Shown here one piece after another: positions 38,985 to 54,154 of a stretch of 64,000 nucleotides of DNA. Made by a program: the position numbers and the translations under genes. Source of the stretch: Tubulanus polymorphus. Taxonomy: Eukaryota > Animalia > Nemertea. Each line of letters opens with the position of its first letter. The stretch's first letter is position 1. The notes beneath the pieces are model-generated. The model was not told the DNA's origin and did no database searches. It saw only the letters and a program-made list of their open reading frames with translations. The stretch lies in NCBI RefSeq assembly GCF_964204645.1, contig NC_134025.1:21928299-21992298 (forward strand). The letters run 5' to 3'.

Positions 38985-40179
38985 TATTACTCGACAGTCA
39001 GTTGCTTATATACATTCCATCGATGCTGAACTCTTGTTCTCATTCCAAACCAACCAGACGAACAGACAAAACTGTCATCTGTAGTATTACGTACGTGGCT
39101 GGAAACGCGGCGAAATCTTGCCACAGGGAGGGAATAGTATACTCGTCAAGATTAATGAAATATCCGGGTGAACGCGGTTGACAAAAATTTCACGTGTATA
39201 TTTCACTCACTCACTTTGCGACACTTCATCGGTAAATTGTTATGTCGTGAGGGACAGGATCTCAGCATTCAACATGCATCTTATCATTTATATTTTTATC
39301 CATTAAATCAGGTCTATATTTTGATATGAATTTGTTTGTTTGTAAATCAATCTTTCTCATTTTGTGATTCGACCTCACTTTTTGGTCAAAAGGGGCGAAA
39401 GTGGGTATCTCTAATCTTGCTCGAAGAAATGGAAGCGGGGAGAACCGCAAATTGCCCACGTCGGTGACCTATTTGGAGAGAATACGGTTTCTCTGATTCT
39501 CAATCGGTTAACTCAGTTAGATACTGTTGAAACAGTTTAAACCAAAAGTCTCTTGATGATTGTGCCTTCAATTCCTTAAAGTCATTTACCACTATCAAGC
39601 TACTTTGTAGCGCTTAGCATGTTATTCAATACGAAAGACAACACGTTTGTCAAAGGTTTTTTGGTTCGTTGGGTTGATCAAGTGAAACTGTCAGTGTCAA
39701 TGATTCGAATGGTCCACAAGAGTCTGCGGAACATGGAGAAGTTGTTCCTTCAATCGAGTATATCGTAATATACAAGACATCTTAGACACATCACCAATGC
39801 TTCGCAAATGAGCTGCCGTTTAACTAGAGTAAAACCTTGCAAGATATATCATTAGATTTCAATTTCTTTGAAAAGTAATTATGATTATCATTATTCTATT
39901 AGATTTTTCACTCGTTTCACCGAATCCTTAGAATATCTCTTTTTCCAAATACCGACCTTAAAACTTGCACCGATATTACGACTGTTTTTTCAAAATTACC
40001 GTTTGTTCCAAAACTCTGGGAATAAATAGTCATGTAAACTTGAACTTGAACTTAAAAGATTAGGATATATCTTACACCAAAGTTTCACAATCTATATCAA
40101 ATCAAAGGAAAAACGCATAATTAAACATAGATAAACATAGATTTCTGTTGTTAAAAGAGGAACAACTCGTCAAACAGAA

Positions 40180-40180
<1 letters not shown>

Positions 40181-40210
<30 letters not shown>

Positions 40211-40238
40211 AAGAAGAAGAAGAAGAAGAAGAAGAAGA
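40181..40238. repeat. (AAG)n microsatellite
   Basis: Seen directly. Confidence 0.95.
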
Positions 40239-43200
40239 CGACGAAGTAGACGAAGAAATACTCTGCCAAAATTGAGTGTTATTCAGCAGCTGTAACATCT
40301 CTTTTTACGATTGTATTCTTTAACACTTAACTATAATTCTAACGATAACTTTGTCAAATCTATGAGCAAACGCCCGCTTAGAGTTGATTTGTTCATCTTG
40401 AAATGGGATCGTCCATGTTATTCATTTGATTGGTAGATTCTTACCGTATATCAATTTTTTACTTTTATTCACACTGTCTACACGAACAAAGTTAAAAAAA
40501 CAATGCATTGATAAATATGCATACGTACACAAATATATTCGTTGACGCAAAAGAGTACCGATTAAAGTTTACCTTTGAGCCAAAGTATACGGAATTTGAA
40601 TTGCACATTATCGACTGAAAAATATCTGCTCGTCATAAATATTCTAATAAGTTTCCTATTACTAGTTTTCGTATTGCGGATACCTGAAGGCAGAGCTATC
40701 TAAACCCGACCAATCCCGCTTGAATACCTAAAGAGTAATTAGAAAAATTCTTGAAGTTCGCAGGATACTAAGATAGAAACCTTAGCGAGGTAGCATTTTC
40801 CGTGATTCTGCACAATTTCTTTTTCTTGGTGGACATTTTCTTCCGTGGAAACTTATCTTTGCGGCGGTTGGTTGCGAGAAAATACGAAACGGAAGCAAGC
40901 AGATGATTTTGACCACCAATAGAGCTCACGGATAAACTCACGTTTACACGTCATTGCTAGCTCGCAAAGGAGTTTTTTTCTGGATAATTTTCGTTAGAAC
41001 ACATCACCAATTAGATAGTGTATGCGTCATTATCATGCCTTTAAATTGCACTAAGGAAACCACAATTCTGATACAGACCACTTGTGGGTACTTTCGTGGA
41101 GGTACCTTCGTAGGTTTACCCTTGGAGTAATAAGACTGTATTCAGTCACATTGTTCCAAGGTTTATCCTTTTCAAGAAAACCATGGCCAGTTGCGAAGCT
41201 AAAAGATCATTTATTGGTGTCAATATAGTTTCAATTGCGGCCCTTTTTCTCACGGTATTCAAGTGATAGGGCCAGGTTCTTCGAGTTTCACAGTGGTTGT
41301 ACAGAGTAAGTTTCTTTTTTTAGTATCTACACTTGAGTCTAAGTCAAAAGCTGGGAATAAACGATGTTGTGGAAGATATGCCGCAGTGTATCTTTTCATG
41401 GTTAACATTGATCAATGCGACCAAAGGAAACTCTGATAGTATTAAAAACATGTGTAGCTATTCTGGGGAAGATTACATGGACACCACTGATATATGCTTA
41501 GCTATCTGATATTTCAATTCATTCGAAATGCGTCATGCGAGATAAGAGGATTTTCAGTCATTGTTTCTGTCAACGTGAGTCGTTAAATGGACAAGGTCTC
41601 GTAGACATTAACTTATCGCCACACCTTAAGACTCTATTCAATCACTCGCTTACCGTTAAGTCCTAAAACAAAGATTCACGTATCATCTACCAATATGATA
41701 TAGTACAGCGACAGATCTGATTATGAAGTGCCGATATTCTATAATCCTCAAACTACTCATGGTAAGTACGTAGTTTTCAGTTCAGTTGAAGGTGATGACG
41801 TGAATACGTGTTATTCCCGTGAGAGCTTGAAATCCTAGTATGTGAACAGTAACAGATCATACTGATGATTACTGATCGGGTGATCGGCCAAATCTCTCAC
41901 AATCGATGCAACGTATTTAGCAACATTTACAACGTATTTAGCCTATCCTGGACCAGTCTTAGGACATAGGCCTACATACAAATCATTTGGCCACACTAAG
42001 AAATACCGGCCATAGTTTCTCAAGAAAGTTTTTTAAAAGTAATATTGAAACCCGCTCGCCCGCATAGCTGTGTAGTGTATGACAGTGGTATTTTTTCTGC
42101 GGGCGTTTATAATGCTCATCTTCGACGTACTGGTAATCCACATTTACGGTGACAAAAACAGCGCCAGGTTCGTTTTCTTTTACTTCATTTCAAGGAAGGT
42201 GAAGCTAGCGAAAATGATTGTCTCAGCTTCGATTAAACGAGTCGATATAGTTTGATTTTATAGGTTTTGGGGAGCTTCTTTATTCTAAATAAAGTTTTTT
42301 GCATATGTTCTACTTGCATTACTGGCATTGTAAAAACTTCCCTCCCGCGTCTGTTCAATAAGTCTACTTACAATTGTCTCCAGTCAATGCTATGTCTTGA
42401 TATCAATATGATAGTGATGTAGATTTTTTTTGTATTGTTAGATCGTTATAAATTTAATTTAAATTTAAATTTAATTTTGTACTCCGTACATCTCGACCCG
42501 GATCGGGTGTATCAGTAAAAAACAGAGTTTATTGAATTGAATTGAATTGAATTGTATCATTGTGCCAACCATCATTGGATGTCAAGCGTGAGCGGTTAAC
42601 TGAAGTAAATTATTGTTTGACAGCAAAAAGACACTTTGAAACGCGTGACGTTTCTGACAGCGCGAACCATGAGCAGTTCCGGTGCAAAATACGCCGCGCG
42701 TTCTAAGTTCTAAGTGAAATCCAGGCATTTCCATTTATGTCAATCATGACGATTCTGCGTGTCCTTTTGAAAAAAGACACTCCAACATTCGGGAGTTTAT
42801 GTATTCGTGGTTTGTCATTCTTGGACGCGTTGCGTGTCGCCTGAGAAATCTCTGAAATATGAAGCACGCTATGGAATGACGGCATAAGCTAATTGGCGCT
42901 TATGGCATCGTGTCCCGAGATGGTTAGTGAAGAGACAACGAAAGAAATAGACGGTGTTTGGATCATGTAATTCGTTGTCAAATTCCGGGTTACGTCAACT
43001 TATACTTTACATTATTCAAATTCTGGTGAATATTTCAAATGTTAATTTGTACAGTTTTGGCATTTTACATAACGCTACCTTGTGACGAGCTCTCGATTTA
43101 TGAGAAACAATTAAAGTAGTGGATCTAGAAAAATTCGAAGGTCGAAGTCTAGTAAAAGAGAAAAGGCTTTTATTAGATAGCAGCCATGTTAAAGGCCAAT

Positions 43201-44835
43201 AGTGGGGATCCACCCTTGGGATTAGATAACTTGGGAGAAATAAACGCGGAAAGTTGTAGGAGAGATGTAATTTCCGAGAGAAGGGTGTCAAATACGTGCA
43301 GGTTTTACAATCTATACCTAGATGGAAAGGGCAACCTCATATTGGGAAGGCGAGATCCGGACCAACCGAGACCACCCAGTAAAACCAGAATTATGAACAA
43401 AATTACGGTAAAAGGCAGATGAGATAACCGTCATATACTTAAGTTATGGTTGACAGGTTGCGGCCTCACTCTAACTGTCAGCAGTGTCAACGGTTATTTG
43501 CTGTAAATACTGGGGGAAGAACGCAGGGTAATTAGTGCGTACTGTATAATGCCGTATATCGGACCAGCGCCGCAAAAGTTTGTTCGAGTTTTCGCCCATA
43601 GTTCATAAATTAATCGATAATTTAGTGTGTAAACCTTGTAAAAAATGCAATAAAAATGCGCGTACGTTACTTGAAACAAACATTCGTTGGTTCAGGATCT
43701 ATTCATAGATATGTATGACGTCATTACTTTCATATATACATAATAAGACCTAAGTGTAATCAAATGAATCTATCGTGTTGTAAATTCCATCCGCTTTTTC
43801 TCGTTCGTATCATATGTGTCTGAAAGCTATTCAATTTTCTACCATTTTTTTTCGCCACGCGGTTGAATTATAAACAAAATTCAAAACAGGCCAAGCAGCA
43901 TAGATTTGATAATATGGAAATATCAGATTTTCGCGCTGATTTGACTATAGTATGATGCAAACTTCGTAAGAATAATTGATAACGTAATGCCAGTGCTGTC
44001 CAATGTAAATTGATGCGAAATCAGCCATATAATTGAAGTAGAATTAAATTGCATCTTGTCCTTTTATACGCGCGGTGAAATGAGTTTCAACAAAAACCTA
44101 ACGCTCAGTGTCACTAACATGCCCTGAACGGCGATTCGGACCTGATAGCATTGCGAGACTGCCACGGCCCGTGGCCGAGTCCCGATGCCAGCAAGTTCGA
44201 ATTCGTGCCGATGGAGGATGTGTTACTTGAGCTCCTGCGAATTGTTTTCAGATGATACCTAACTGGGCATTGTAGAAAGAGACATTGAGTTATAAGTATA
44301 GTTATAACCGCATGAAAATACGTTTTAATTCGTGAGGCTAGAAGTTAATAGGAATAATTTGCCTCCGCTGTTTGCAAGGTTTTATTGATAAAGTTTCACA
44401 CGAGGATGAAACAACATAAAATTGTATCGTGGAAATCGTCACTCTTCGTTAATTATTCATGGCGGAATTGCCTTTTTCGCAACTCGGCCGAGTCATCGAG
44501 TGTTTTGCATCAAGTAGCATATTAAATCGACGTGTCCAGCAGCGAAAAACTTCGCATTCGTCACAGGAGAAACATTCATCAGCTCACCGTGTGGTCTACG
44601 GTGTAATCAGGCAAGATTGGTTGACCGATTCGCCGACCATTTCCAGCGTTTGACACGTCATGCGCAGCAGTCATTCCGGTTACTATATATATACGTTTTT
44701 ACAACGGAAAAGGCGCACCGGGAATCAGGAAAAGTCAGCGTATCAGCGAATAGTCGAGTCGCTACTTCATTAGCCTTAAATCCCGCTGAGTAAATGTATA
44801 TTTCCCGAACAATCTGGCGGTGCTAATTTTTGATG

Positions 44836-44987
<152 letters not shown>

Positions 44988-44989
44988 TG

Positions 44990-45226
44990 ATAATTATTTT
45001 GAGAGGACTACTTGAGGTGTGCTACGTCATCAATGTATCGGGGTTAGACTGGTTGCCAGTCAATTCAATTCAATTATTGATATATTCATATCTGAAATGA
45101 CTTAATTGATCCTTGATATTACATTTGTATATAATTAATATCATCTCTTTTATTATCGACAGAATTGAGCAATATGTGTGTTGTTTTTCCAGGCGTCAAT
45201 AAACTTTCAAGTTAGCTTTCTTGTTC
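44990..45226 (+). repeat. Dispersed repeat family, copy D (partial)
   Basis: GGTTAGACTGGTTGCCAGTCAATTCAATTCAATT ... TTCAAGTTAGCTTTCTTGTT. Confidence 0.7.
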
Positions 45227-47377
45227 AAATAGCGTAAGTGGAACGATCGATATATTACACTATTATTACATTATATATTACATTATTACTATCGATATAT
45301 TGCACATATATGTCAGCGGGTCAGATAAAATCTAATTTTCACACCTGTCATGCGCGATAGCCAAGTCGTTAAAGGTGAAGATTATTTGCTCATGAAAACA
45401 TGATCTGAATTTTGTTAAGATTGAGTTTAGACGAGATTCACAACACAATCTCTTATATCATCATCGTCACCGGAACTCACCCACTCTGTAATAAAGAGCC
45501 GCCTACTGCACATTGAATTACACGTTGAATCGAAGTCGATGCCACCGAGTAGCCTAACAACTAATGAGTTTCGTGTGGCGGGAAAACAGTCCATATTCAG
45601 GTATCAAAAAATGCAATGATTTTTAAGGATGGATAGTGAACTACATACAATATCGCCACGATCATCAACGGCGAAACCGTGAAATTACTTGTTTCAGCTC
45701 CACGATTGTTTCAAACCTGATTTACGCGATTCCCAGCCTACAGCGTCATTTAAACTACGAATCTAACCTTATACTATTCAATTTTTTTACGTTCAGTTTT
45801 TAAACCGTTACAAAAGTATCTTCATGCTATGCATTATTCCAGGGATGGCGTGTGAGTCGATGTATCCTACGTCATCAATATTGGGGCTTTACTGGCTGTC
45901 GGTCTAATTCAATTCAATTGTCATTGTATATTATTATAATTATTCTTTATTTACGAATTGAATTACTGGCAAAACCACAAAAAAGGCGTCGGTGAGATCA
46001 GGGACAGGCGCAGAAAAACCCCACGATTTCGTGCGGCCTCTTATTCTAAGCTGGTTAGCCTAACCACGGATAAGCCACTAACCGCGGTTAAGCTAAACAA
46101 TAAAAACTGGCGTCTGGGGTGTTACAGCAGTACGCTATGCAACGCGGAAGCGGTTGAATCCTAGCATCATATTTCGTTCAATTGCTCCTTTTATTCCATC
46201 ATCGTTATTTAATTAATTTTATTGAATTATTCATTGTCTACATTGTATTAAGCAATATACGTTATGTTTTTCTAACTTTCAAGCTAGTTTCTTGTTTCTT
46301 TCTTTTTTATGCGACTGAGAATCAGTTTGTATTTTTCTGCGTTGTGGACCTAACCGTAATTCATGGAATACTCGACCATTCAGCGTAACACAAGGCGAAT
46401 AACGATCGAGTTGATATTAAGTGAAAGCAATAAATGATGATTAGCCTGAAAGTAATGTTTATGAAAATGATACCGCTACAACCAGATAAACGTGAAATAG
46501 GGCTTGTTTGCTCGCCAGGTCATAGATCAATTCATATTTCTACGTCTCGGGAAGCTGTGTAGAAAATCATACGGATTTTCAATTTACAATCCGCGTAACT
46601 GCTACCTGGTATGCATGAACTTTGAAATGACGACGCACATAATGAAATATCATGAATTGGAATACACGTCTGTATATTATTCACCTAGATCGATAGATTA
46701 GATAGATTAGAACGATAGATTCTATCGATAGATAGATAGGGAAGGTGGAACGTACATCGCTCAACACAAAGCCTACTACAGGAAATACTTCGAAGATTAC
46801 GAATTCTCAAAAGTGCCCCGTTCACTATAGAATTTCGATACAGACAAATCTGTTAAAAATCAGACACCTTCCATTAAGTATCTGAAAGTTTAACGTTAAC
46901 CCGAGGCAACTGTTGTCCGTGTTCTTTCATCAGCAGTTGCAGCAGCGATCCATTAATGAGGCAAGTGATCAAGTGAAATAGTTACATATACAGTCTTAAA
47001 GTTAAAGTTATAAACTTTTCTCTTATAAGACCAAGCGACGCGAACAGTTTCGTTAATAACGATGGCATATGAAAAAATTGAACAGCATTCCCTTGATTTC
47101 TTTTAATTTTGGTTTTCTGAGAAATATAATTTTTGCGGGGGTGTCAATGAAGGTTGTTGTTTCTCGTAAATGTCGTCTTGCCATTTGATGAAATAAGCTT
47201 TCTCGATTCGATTGCTGCTGATGGAATTCCATTGGCTATTTTCCGTCTACTGCTAGAGTTTCAGCCGGCTTCTTGGGCTGTCCATCATCGACTATTATCT
47301 TATAATCTTTTTGAATTGTTTTCTTGTAATGCGCATATAGAAATATAATGTTTGATGTTTTATTCATATCACACATA

Positions 47378-47680
47378 AGCCGCGATCACACGATCACGCA
47401 TCTTTGGCCGAACAACTGTTCACACGGGTGTCAAATGGGCAAGTGCCTGTTTGGCCCGACCAAAAAATCGGACCAGACCCGAGCCAAATTTTATGACGGA
47501 ACGATTGCGAATTGAAACTGATTCCGGAAGTGACTCACTTCGCTTTGTTAAAGCATCGTTTGGTATCGAGAGAGTTATTCATGTGCTCTCTAATTTATTC
47601 ATGTGCTCTCTAATTAGGCACTGGCCAGGCTTGGGCCTGATCCGTGTCAATTTGGCCAAATCGTATCCGTGTGATCGTAA
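47378..47680. mobile_element. Harbinger-like MITE
   Basis: Inverted ends CGATCACACG...TTTGGCC and GGCCAAA...CGTGTGATCG. It shares GGGCAAGTGCC with the 48.3-kb element. Confidence 0.5.
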
Positions 47681-48270
47681 ATGAATCAAATCCAGTGTCG
47701 AATCGGTGTCAACTTCACAAGAGGGATCGGACACCGTGCATTTGCATGAAATGAGACGTAAGGTAGAGTATTGCGTCATGTATTTGATTACAGCGCATTT
47801 TCGACACAAACTAAATGAAAACAAACGTTATCGCCATTATATTGCCGGCGAGAATGACACGTCGGCAATAAAACTAGAAAATGATACGAGCACACACATA
47901 AAAATTAGTTGTTAGTTTAGCAATTGGATACATTGTTCGATGATCGGTGACACTACTTTTTTGAACCCATAGCATAGGTCTCGTAACTGCACACTAAATT
48001 TGTATGAAGTAAGTTTTTTTTAAGCTTACTTTCAGATAGTGGTCAGATCGTCTGAGATTGATTCACCTAGCCAGAATTAACGATTCAATCAAATAGATAA
48101 TTAACGCCTTCCGTCAAACAGATGAATTCAATCATCATTAAACCTTTTTTCTGATTAGTTTATTGAAATACGCAGTCGGTCTCATTAAGGTGCATTTCGA
48201 AGTTTTTATTTAATTAAAATGTTGTCTCATCGTTCGTAAGTACTTTCGTAGCATATCTACATATGTCTCT

Positions 48271-48940
48271 TAAGGCGCGTTCACACGACGAAATTTAGAC
48301 CGGTCTAAATCTCGTCTATGCGGGCAAGTGCCATGTCCGGTCCAAATTTTGGACCGGTCTAAATATGTGTGTGTGGACACAAACTGGTACCAGGTCCGGT
48401 CTAAATCGTTATTCTGAATCTCTGCGGTAGATGTCGCGACCTCTGCGGTAGAGTGTGAGTCCAGTTTATTAAGTCATAAATGCTTTTATTACCGTTTATG
48501 TAATAATCTAAATTCCGGTACTGTTTTTTCCTCCCTATACTATGGATGTTTGGAGCGTAACAAATATTCGTATTCGTATGTCACGATCATTATCCGTTTA
48601 ACTTCCGTGCTTTTCTACACTTAAGAGTTTCAGCGTGATAGAATAAAATCGATTTCGCAAAAATGTCTAAACCTGACAGAGGATCGAATTGGTCAAATGA
48701 AGAATGTCTTGCTCTACTTCAAATCTGCAAGCAAGACTTCTTCCAGGCGCAATTTATTTTTATTTATTTTATTATTTTATTTACACTCAAACCCATTACA
48801 GGTATTAGAGGGACACAGTTATTTAGCAGATGGCGACATCTAGTGGGCCCGGTGACAAGCGATTTTATCACCGCGTGTCAAAATGCGTGGTCTAAATTTG
48901 GACCGGACCAGATACGAATCCATTTAGACCGGTCTAACTA
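48271..48940 (+). mobile_element. Non-autonomous PIF/Harbinger element with a remnant of the Myb/SANT DNA-binding ORF
   Basis: Starts TAAGGCGCGTTCACAC and carries repeated ATTTAGACCGGTCTAAAT/GGACCGG subterminal motifs at both ends. ORF 48663 [22 protein letters not shown] resembles the N-terminus of a Myb/SANT-like domain. Confidence 0.7.
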
Positions 48941-49799
48941 GTCCAGGGTATGCAATTTGGTCAAGGGAGCATCCTGAGATCGATCACGATAGAATAATAC
49001 ATACAGGGCCGTACTTAGCGAGGGCAGTTGCACCCCCGCCAGTTATTTCGGAAAAGTGCCCTTTGTAAAGTTATTGTTAATTGTTTTTATCAAACGCCGT
49101 ACGGCCCTGACTTATAGCCTGCATACATGACCGGACCCTTCTACTCAAAGTCATCCGCTCCGACTGACCACTCCAAATACTTCAGCCCTTGGAGATCCCA
49201 TTTACCCGCAGCTGTTTTCACGCAATCCTTCCCACTACACCCAGACAGACTCCCAGGCAAGCCATCCGATGAGTGGATCCTGCTACGCAAGGTAAGGAAA
49301 GCGAGATAAACCCTACTCATCAGTAACTTAACGCAAAGCTTTCATAGGTTTTTCTCAAATATGCTTGTATTTTTTTGTTTTTCATAAGAAAAATATCATT
49401 TCCATTTACACCGTACCGAACAACATAATCATATAAGTGTGTCTATTCGGGATAAGATGTAAGGCGGTATCATTTGAACGAGGGATCACCTAAAATATGA
49501 CCACCTACTGTAAACACTATCTTGATCTTTATTCGCCTAACGCCTGAAATTAAATAACAACACAAATATCGACACGATTTAGCTCGGCTCTGTAATTCTC
49601 TACTCACAAATTGTTCTCAAAGCTGGGATGATTAAATCCAACAAATCTCTGTCTGGCGGAGAACAAATTGCCTCGAAACAAATGCCACACGGGCACATGG
49701 CAGAAACCGCAGAAGAATGATAGAAGGGTGAAGGTTACAACACTCTGTAACGATTAGATCCACTGTAACGAATATCCGTCGATTGGATAACAGCCAGGG

Positions 49800-50630
49800 T
49801 CAGCCTAGTAAACTTTGACAGCTTGCATTGTGAGACGAACATTTTTTGCAGACGCATGTTTCGGCGTCGAACACCGTGTACGAAGGATCCGGGTGGTCGT
49901 GATGGCAATGTTTTAATCTAACAGTTCGAAATACTTTGTTGTCGTAGGAACACTGAGGGTGGTGACTGATCTTGTATGGACGATGGTAGGTACCCATCTG
50001 AAAAAAAGAAGAAACTATACAATATATGATAACGGCAAGATAGCTTTCTCCGTTCCAGTGTTACAAAATCACGCGCCATGCAGTAGTCAATTCCCAAATA
50101 CAATTAGTCGTTCATCACCGTACTTTGGCGGATGTGATCCCCATAAGTTGCTCATCCAATACAAAAGAAGAAGAATGTTACTACATAGGAAGAGAAAATA
50201 AAGAAAAGCTTGATCATACCAGATAGAAGTGTTAGTAGTTAATATATCTACATAAGGAAGAGGCCGGCCAGCGAAAGGAACCAGTTACATTGAAAATCCA
50301 GCGGCACAGCATAAGTGAGAAGAACGAAGTGACACAAGTGGTGGAGAATCTAGTGGAATAACAAGTGGTACAGATCGTAACCACAACAGATGCCTAGAGC
50401 GTTGTTGTAAGAAACGTATAGCCTACCTCGTGGGAATCGCAAAGCCCCATACATATTTTGACTTTAACTACGTCGTAACAGTCTAATCTTTCGCCATTCG
50501 GCAGAAAGTACGGTTTTTCAACCTGCATTTTACGGGTTTCTACGTGACAAGCTTGTAATAACGGGTCATTAGTTCCAGAAACACACGGCCATATCCACAC
50601 TACACATATTACCATAAGCTGTGTTCTCAT
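49800..50630 (-). CDS. GPB5: Glycoprotein hormone beta-5 (thyrostimulin beta), 2 coding exons, 133 aa
   Basis: Exon 50630-50427 encodes MRTQLMVICVVWIWPCVSG-TNDPLLQACHVE...DCYDVVKVKICMGLCDSHE. Exon 49997-49800 encodes MGTYHRPYKISHHPQCSY...KHCHHDHPDP...AETCVCKKCSSHNASCQSLLG*. The intron is phase 0. The mature chain has 10 Cys, a PYKxSHHPxC motif and no seat-belt cysteines. An acceptor AG just upstream of the ATG implies a non-coding first exon. Confidence 0.92.
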
Positions 50631-53600
50631 TATACCCTACAAAAGATTATGACATACATTACAGAAAATGCGTGGGAAAAGCACTTTGAACGTTTCGTTC
50701 TAAAAAAAAAATTACCTTACACTAATTAAAATTAATTCACGAGGGCGTATGTAAATTCGATATAAGACGGTAAAACTTATCAATACCTTACACAATTCAC
50801 GCGCGAGATATACGTAATTTAGTTTAAGCAATAACTGAAATGGGTGATAAGGATTCTGTCAGGGCGCGGGGGTGATGAGCTCGGTAAATATCAATCATCA
50901 TAAAAACGTACGACTCCGGATTTTAGCGATTCTGTTGACCAATAAACGATACATTGTTTGAATAGGGTTGTTCAATTCTGCATAAGAGTTATTGGTTGGT
51001 AAACATAATTTATTGTCGAATAATTCCATTTACACGCGCTCTTACGCGGAACAACGCACAGTACCGACCCATCCCGCGTAGGTAACTTTTGTTTTTGCAA
51101 TATCAAGTTTCCATAGCAATTAAATAGAATAGTGAAAACGAAAATATTTTCACTTGAACGTAGGAAATAATATCCGTGACAAATATCCATTGCTATGTCT
51201 ATGTATATCCAAGTAAAACATACGCTATGGGCGGATTTTAGCCAGGTTCATCCACACAATTACCGACACCTCTGATATTAGAGGAAAAATCGAACTGTTT
51301 ATTCATAATTTTATCGCGGACATTATCATGCAGCATGATTTCTTTCAGAATTTTTCAAGATGTTCTGGATACCAGCTCGTGCTACGACGATATAGTCACC
51401 TCCTTTGCGCAAAAGTACAGTTTCATCAGATTCGGAACAATGGAAGAGTGATTATCTTCCGACCGATTCGGAGTATCAATTTCTTTAGACGATGTCCACG
51501 TTCAGACCTTAACTCAAAGATTGCGGGTTGATATAAGCTCGGCATGTATACACAGCACGTTTTCAGCGGCCACCCACTCTTCAGATTAACATCCCGCCAG
51601 TATCCAAACCCCCGACTAAGTGACAAAAATCCTCGAGAATTCTAATTTTGTCTAACAGCCGGAAAGGCTTTACACAGTCTTTAGGCACCAAACTGGGCAG
51701 CCGAAACCGGAAGACCTCGAAACGTCTTACGTAGATAGTTGTAGAAAGTTTGGCTTAATATTCAGAGCCAAGGTCGAAATGTCAAAGAAAACATTATCAT
51801 CAAATGTTATTCAAGAAAATAATACAGATTATTATCATCATTATCATTATTGTCAAAACTTGTAGATTACCTGTTCCTCCAGAGAATATTACGGTTTCAG
51901 TCAATGCCGAATGAAAATGTATCATTTTCAACATAGTAGAACGTTTTCATTCGGGTATTTACGAAATGTATGGACAAAACATTAGTCATTCATAAACAAC
52001 TGAATCAAATATATTCCTAATTCATTTTATATGATTCTGAACTGTTTTCCATTCAAATTCCTGTCGGCAGTGATAACTTGATGAAAGCAATTGTACACCT
52101 TACCGAAATTAGAATTACAATTTCTATTTCGAGATATTGGATCGAAGAGCGCCTCGAAAAAAGTATCTAAAAAGCGTCCGTTTTCAACCTCAAAGGGAAT
52201 TATAGTGTAATTTCTCCCGACCAATGTTGGAAAAATGTTTTTGAAATTTGTATCATATCATCATTTAAACGTTTCAAAATAATGATGCGCGAAGCGTTTT
52301 TCTCCGCTTAAAAATCACGAAATCTAACCATTGTCATGTGACGTGGATATATAGATTATAATTGTCGATATGTTGTTTGTAAAAAAAAACACAAATCGTA
52401 CGACAATCAGAAAAAAAAGACAGAAAAAACCTAAAAGCAGGGAAAATTCGGGAAAAATTTCGGGGAAACGAGATATGTGGTTGTATTCATAATACGCGAT
52501 TTCCTGCTGCTAAATATCACATTCGTTCCGTTTTTAGCAGATTCATGAAACAAACTTGATGACATTTTGGGTTCTCGGAAGATTCATAAGAATTTGACGA
52601 AATCAATTTAGCTTATCAATTATTGCGGCACGAAACATCAAACATCTCTCGCTGAAGATATTTTTAGCCTAAAAAGTTACAGACCCTTCAGCTGCCGGTA
52701 TACATATTGAATCGGAATGGTATCATTTTTTCAGAAATCTGCTGTTTCCAACATAGCACAATACCAATGCGAAACAAAAATATTGTTATCTCACTCTACT
52801 GGCTGTTGATATTTCCCTCTCGGGTAAGATCTAAAGGTATTGTCGATGATGTCTAACATACACGACTTAGATCTCGCGGCGAATATTCGCAAAAAAAGGT
52901 TAACGCTTTTACGGTAACGCATATAATGGCCGTCTTTCTTACCGCGGGGTATTGAAATTCGCGCATCTAAGTAGCGAAAAAGTAATGCATTTATATGAGG
53001 ATATGACGTCATGCCTAACACAATAAACCACCCTATCGCTATTTAACTACTCCTACGCTACTGGCCCCGCTTTGACAGAAGGTTGATTTTGCTACGGGCG
53101 ATTATCTTAACTTGCTCGTAGGATTTTGTTCAAACATTATTCATCGCGAACGTCGCATTGTCTGAAATAGGTGAACGAATGATTTAAAAAAATGGTGATA
53201 TCATTGAAATATTCTGTAAATCCATAATCGACGTACGTACGTAACTGATAACCAGGTAATAGGAGTTCTGGTTAGGTTATCTCTAAACGTATATTTCAAA
53301 ATGTCCCCTGTTCTGTTCGCAAGACTGCCATTTTTCTGAACCGTGTAGATCTTCATCTGTAACGCGAATCCAATTCCGATCTGTCAAAAGTTATTATCAA
53401 AACTTGCGCGAAACTCAAGTTCAAGTTTATTTAACCTTATGCTTTATATCTGCGTAGGTATTTCAGGATTTGCCAATGCCAAGACTACTCAAATTGAATC
53501 AAAAACTGATCGGCCCACTTGCTTGTTTACGCTACTTGACTTTGATTTTCACAAAGATGGATGAATATTTATTACTAGGCCTCGCTAGTTAACAAAAACG

Positions 53601-54154
53601 GAGCCTATTGGGACGAGAAATGTAAAAAAAATCTCATTAGAATTTCCTGTTGAAATAGTTTTAGATTGCTTTTTACGAATCCGTTGTGTACGTTTTAATT
53701 TTAGTTGTAAATTCTCGGCAAGCAACGGTTAATGGAAGTAGCAGGTGGGAGTTTGGAAAGATGTGTATTTTTTGTTTATTCTAACTCCACTTTTTAAAAT
53801 GGACTCAATAGGCGAATTGAGATTTTTAAAGATAATAGTTTCATTTTTAACAGCGATTAGATTTGTAAATATGAGATTGGCCAAATGAGATGCACAACTT
53901 CCAGAATTCCCACAACTTCTGGCTCGGTAAGGAAATATCAGCATATAACGGGTTTGTGTTTATGTCCGAGCGGTCAAAATATAATAAACTACTTGTTGAC
54001 CTCTCACACCTCTGGATACGCCTGTCTTATATTTGTTAAGCTATCATCTTGTGTCATTAGGAGAATTTCATTTCTCGGAACTTTCATAATCGTGAATAAC
54101 ACGTCTTGACCGTTTGGCCTCTTCTCTGGTCGATGGCAAATTTCGTATGCATAG

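Noticed and set aside
43016-43422. Possible DIRS tyrosine-recombinase relic (LFSFTRLRPSNF)
   Set aside because: One weak motif in a stop-ridden region; not enough to call.
46900-46955. TCAGCAGTTG in a short hairpin, resembling the 5' end of miR-1992
   Set aside because: The stem is only ~10 bp and the rest of the mature sequence does not match.
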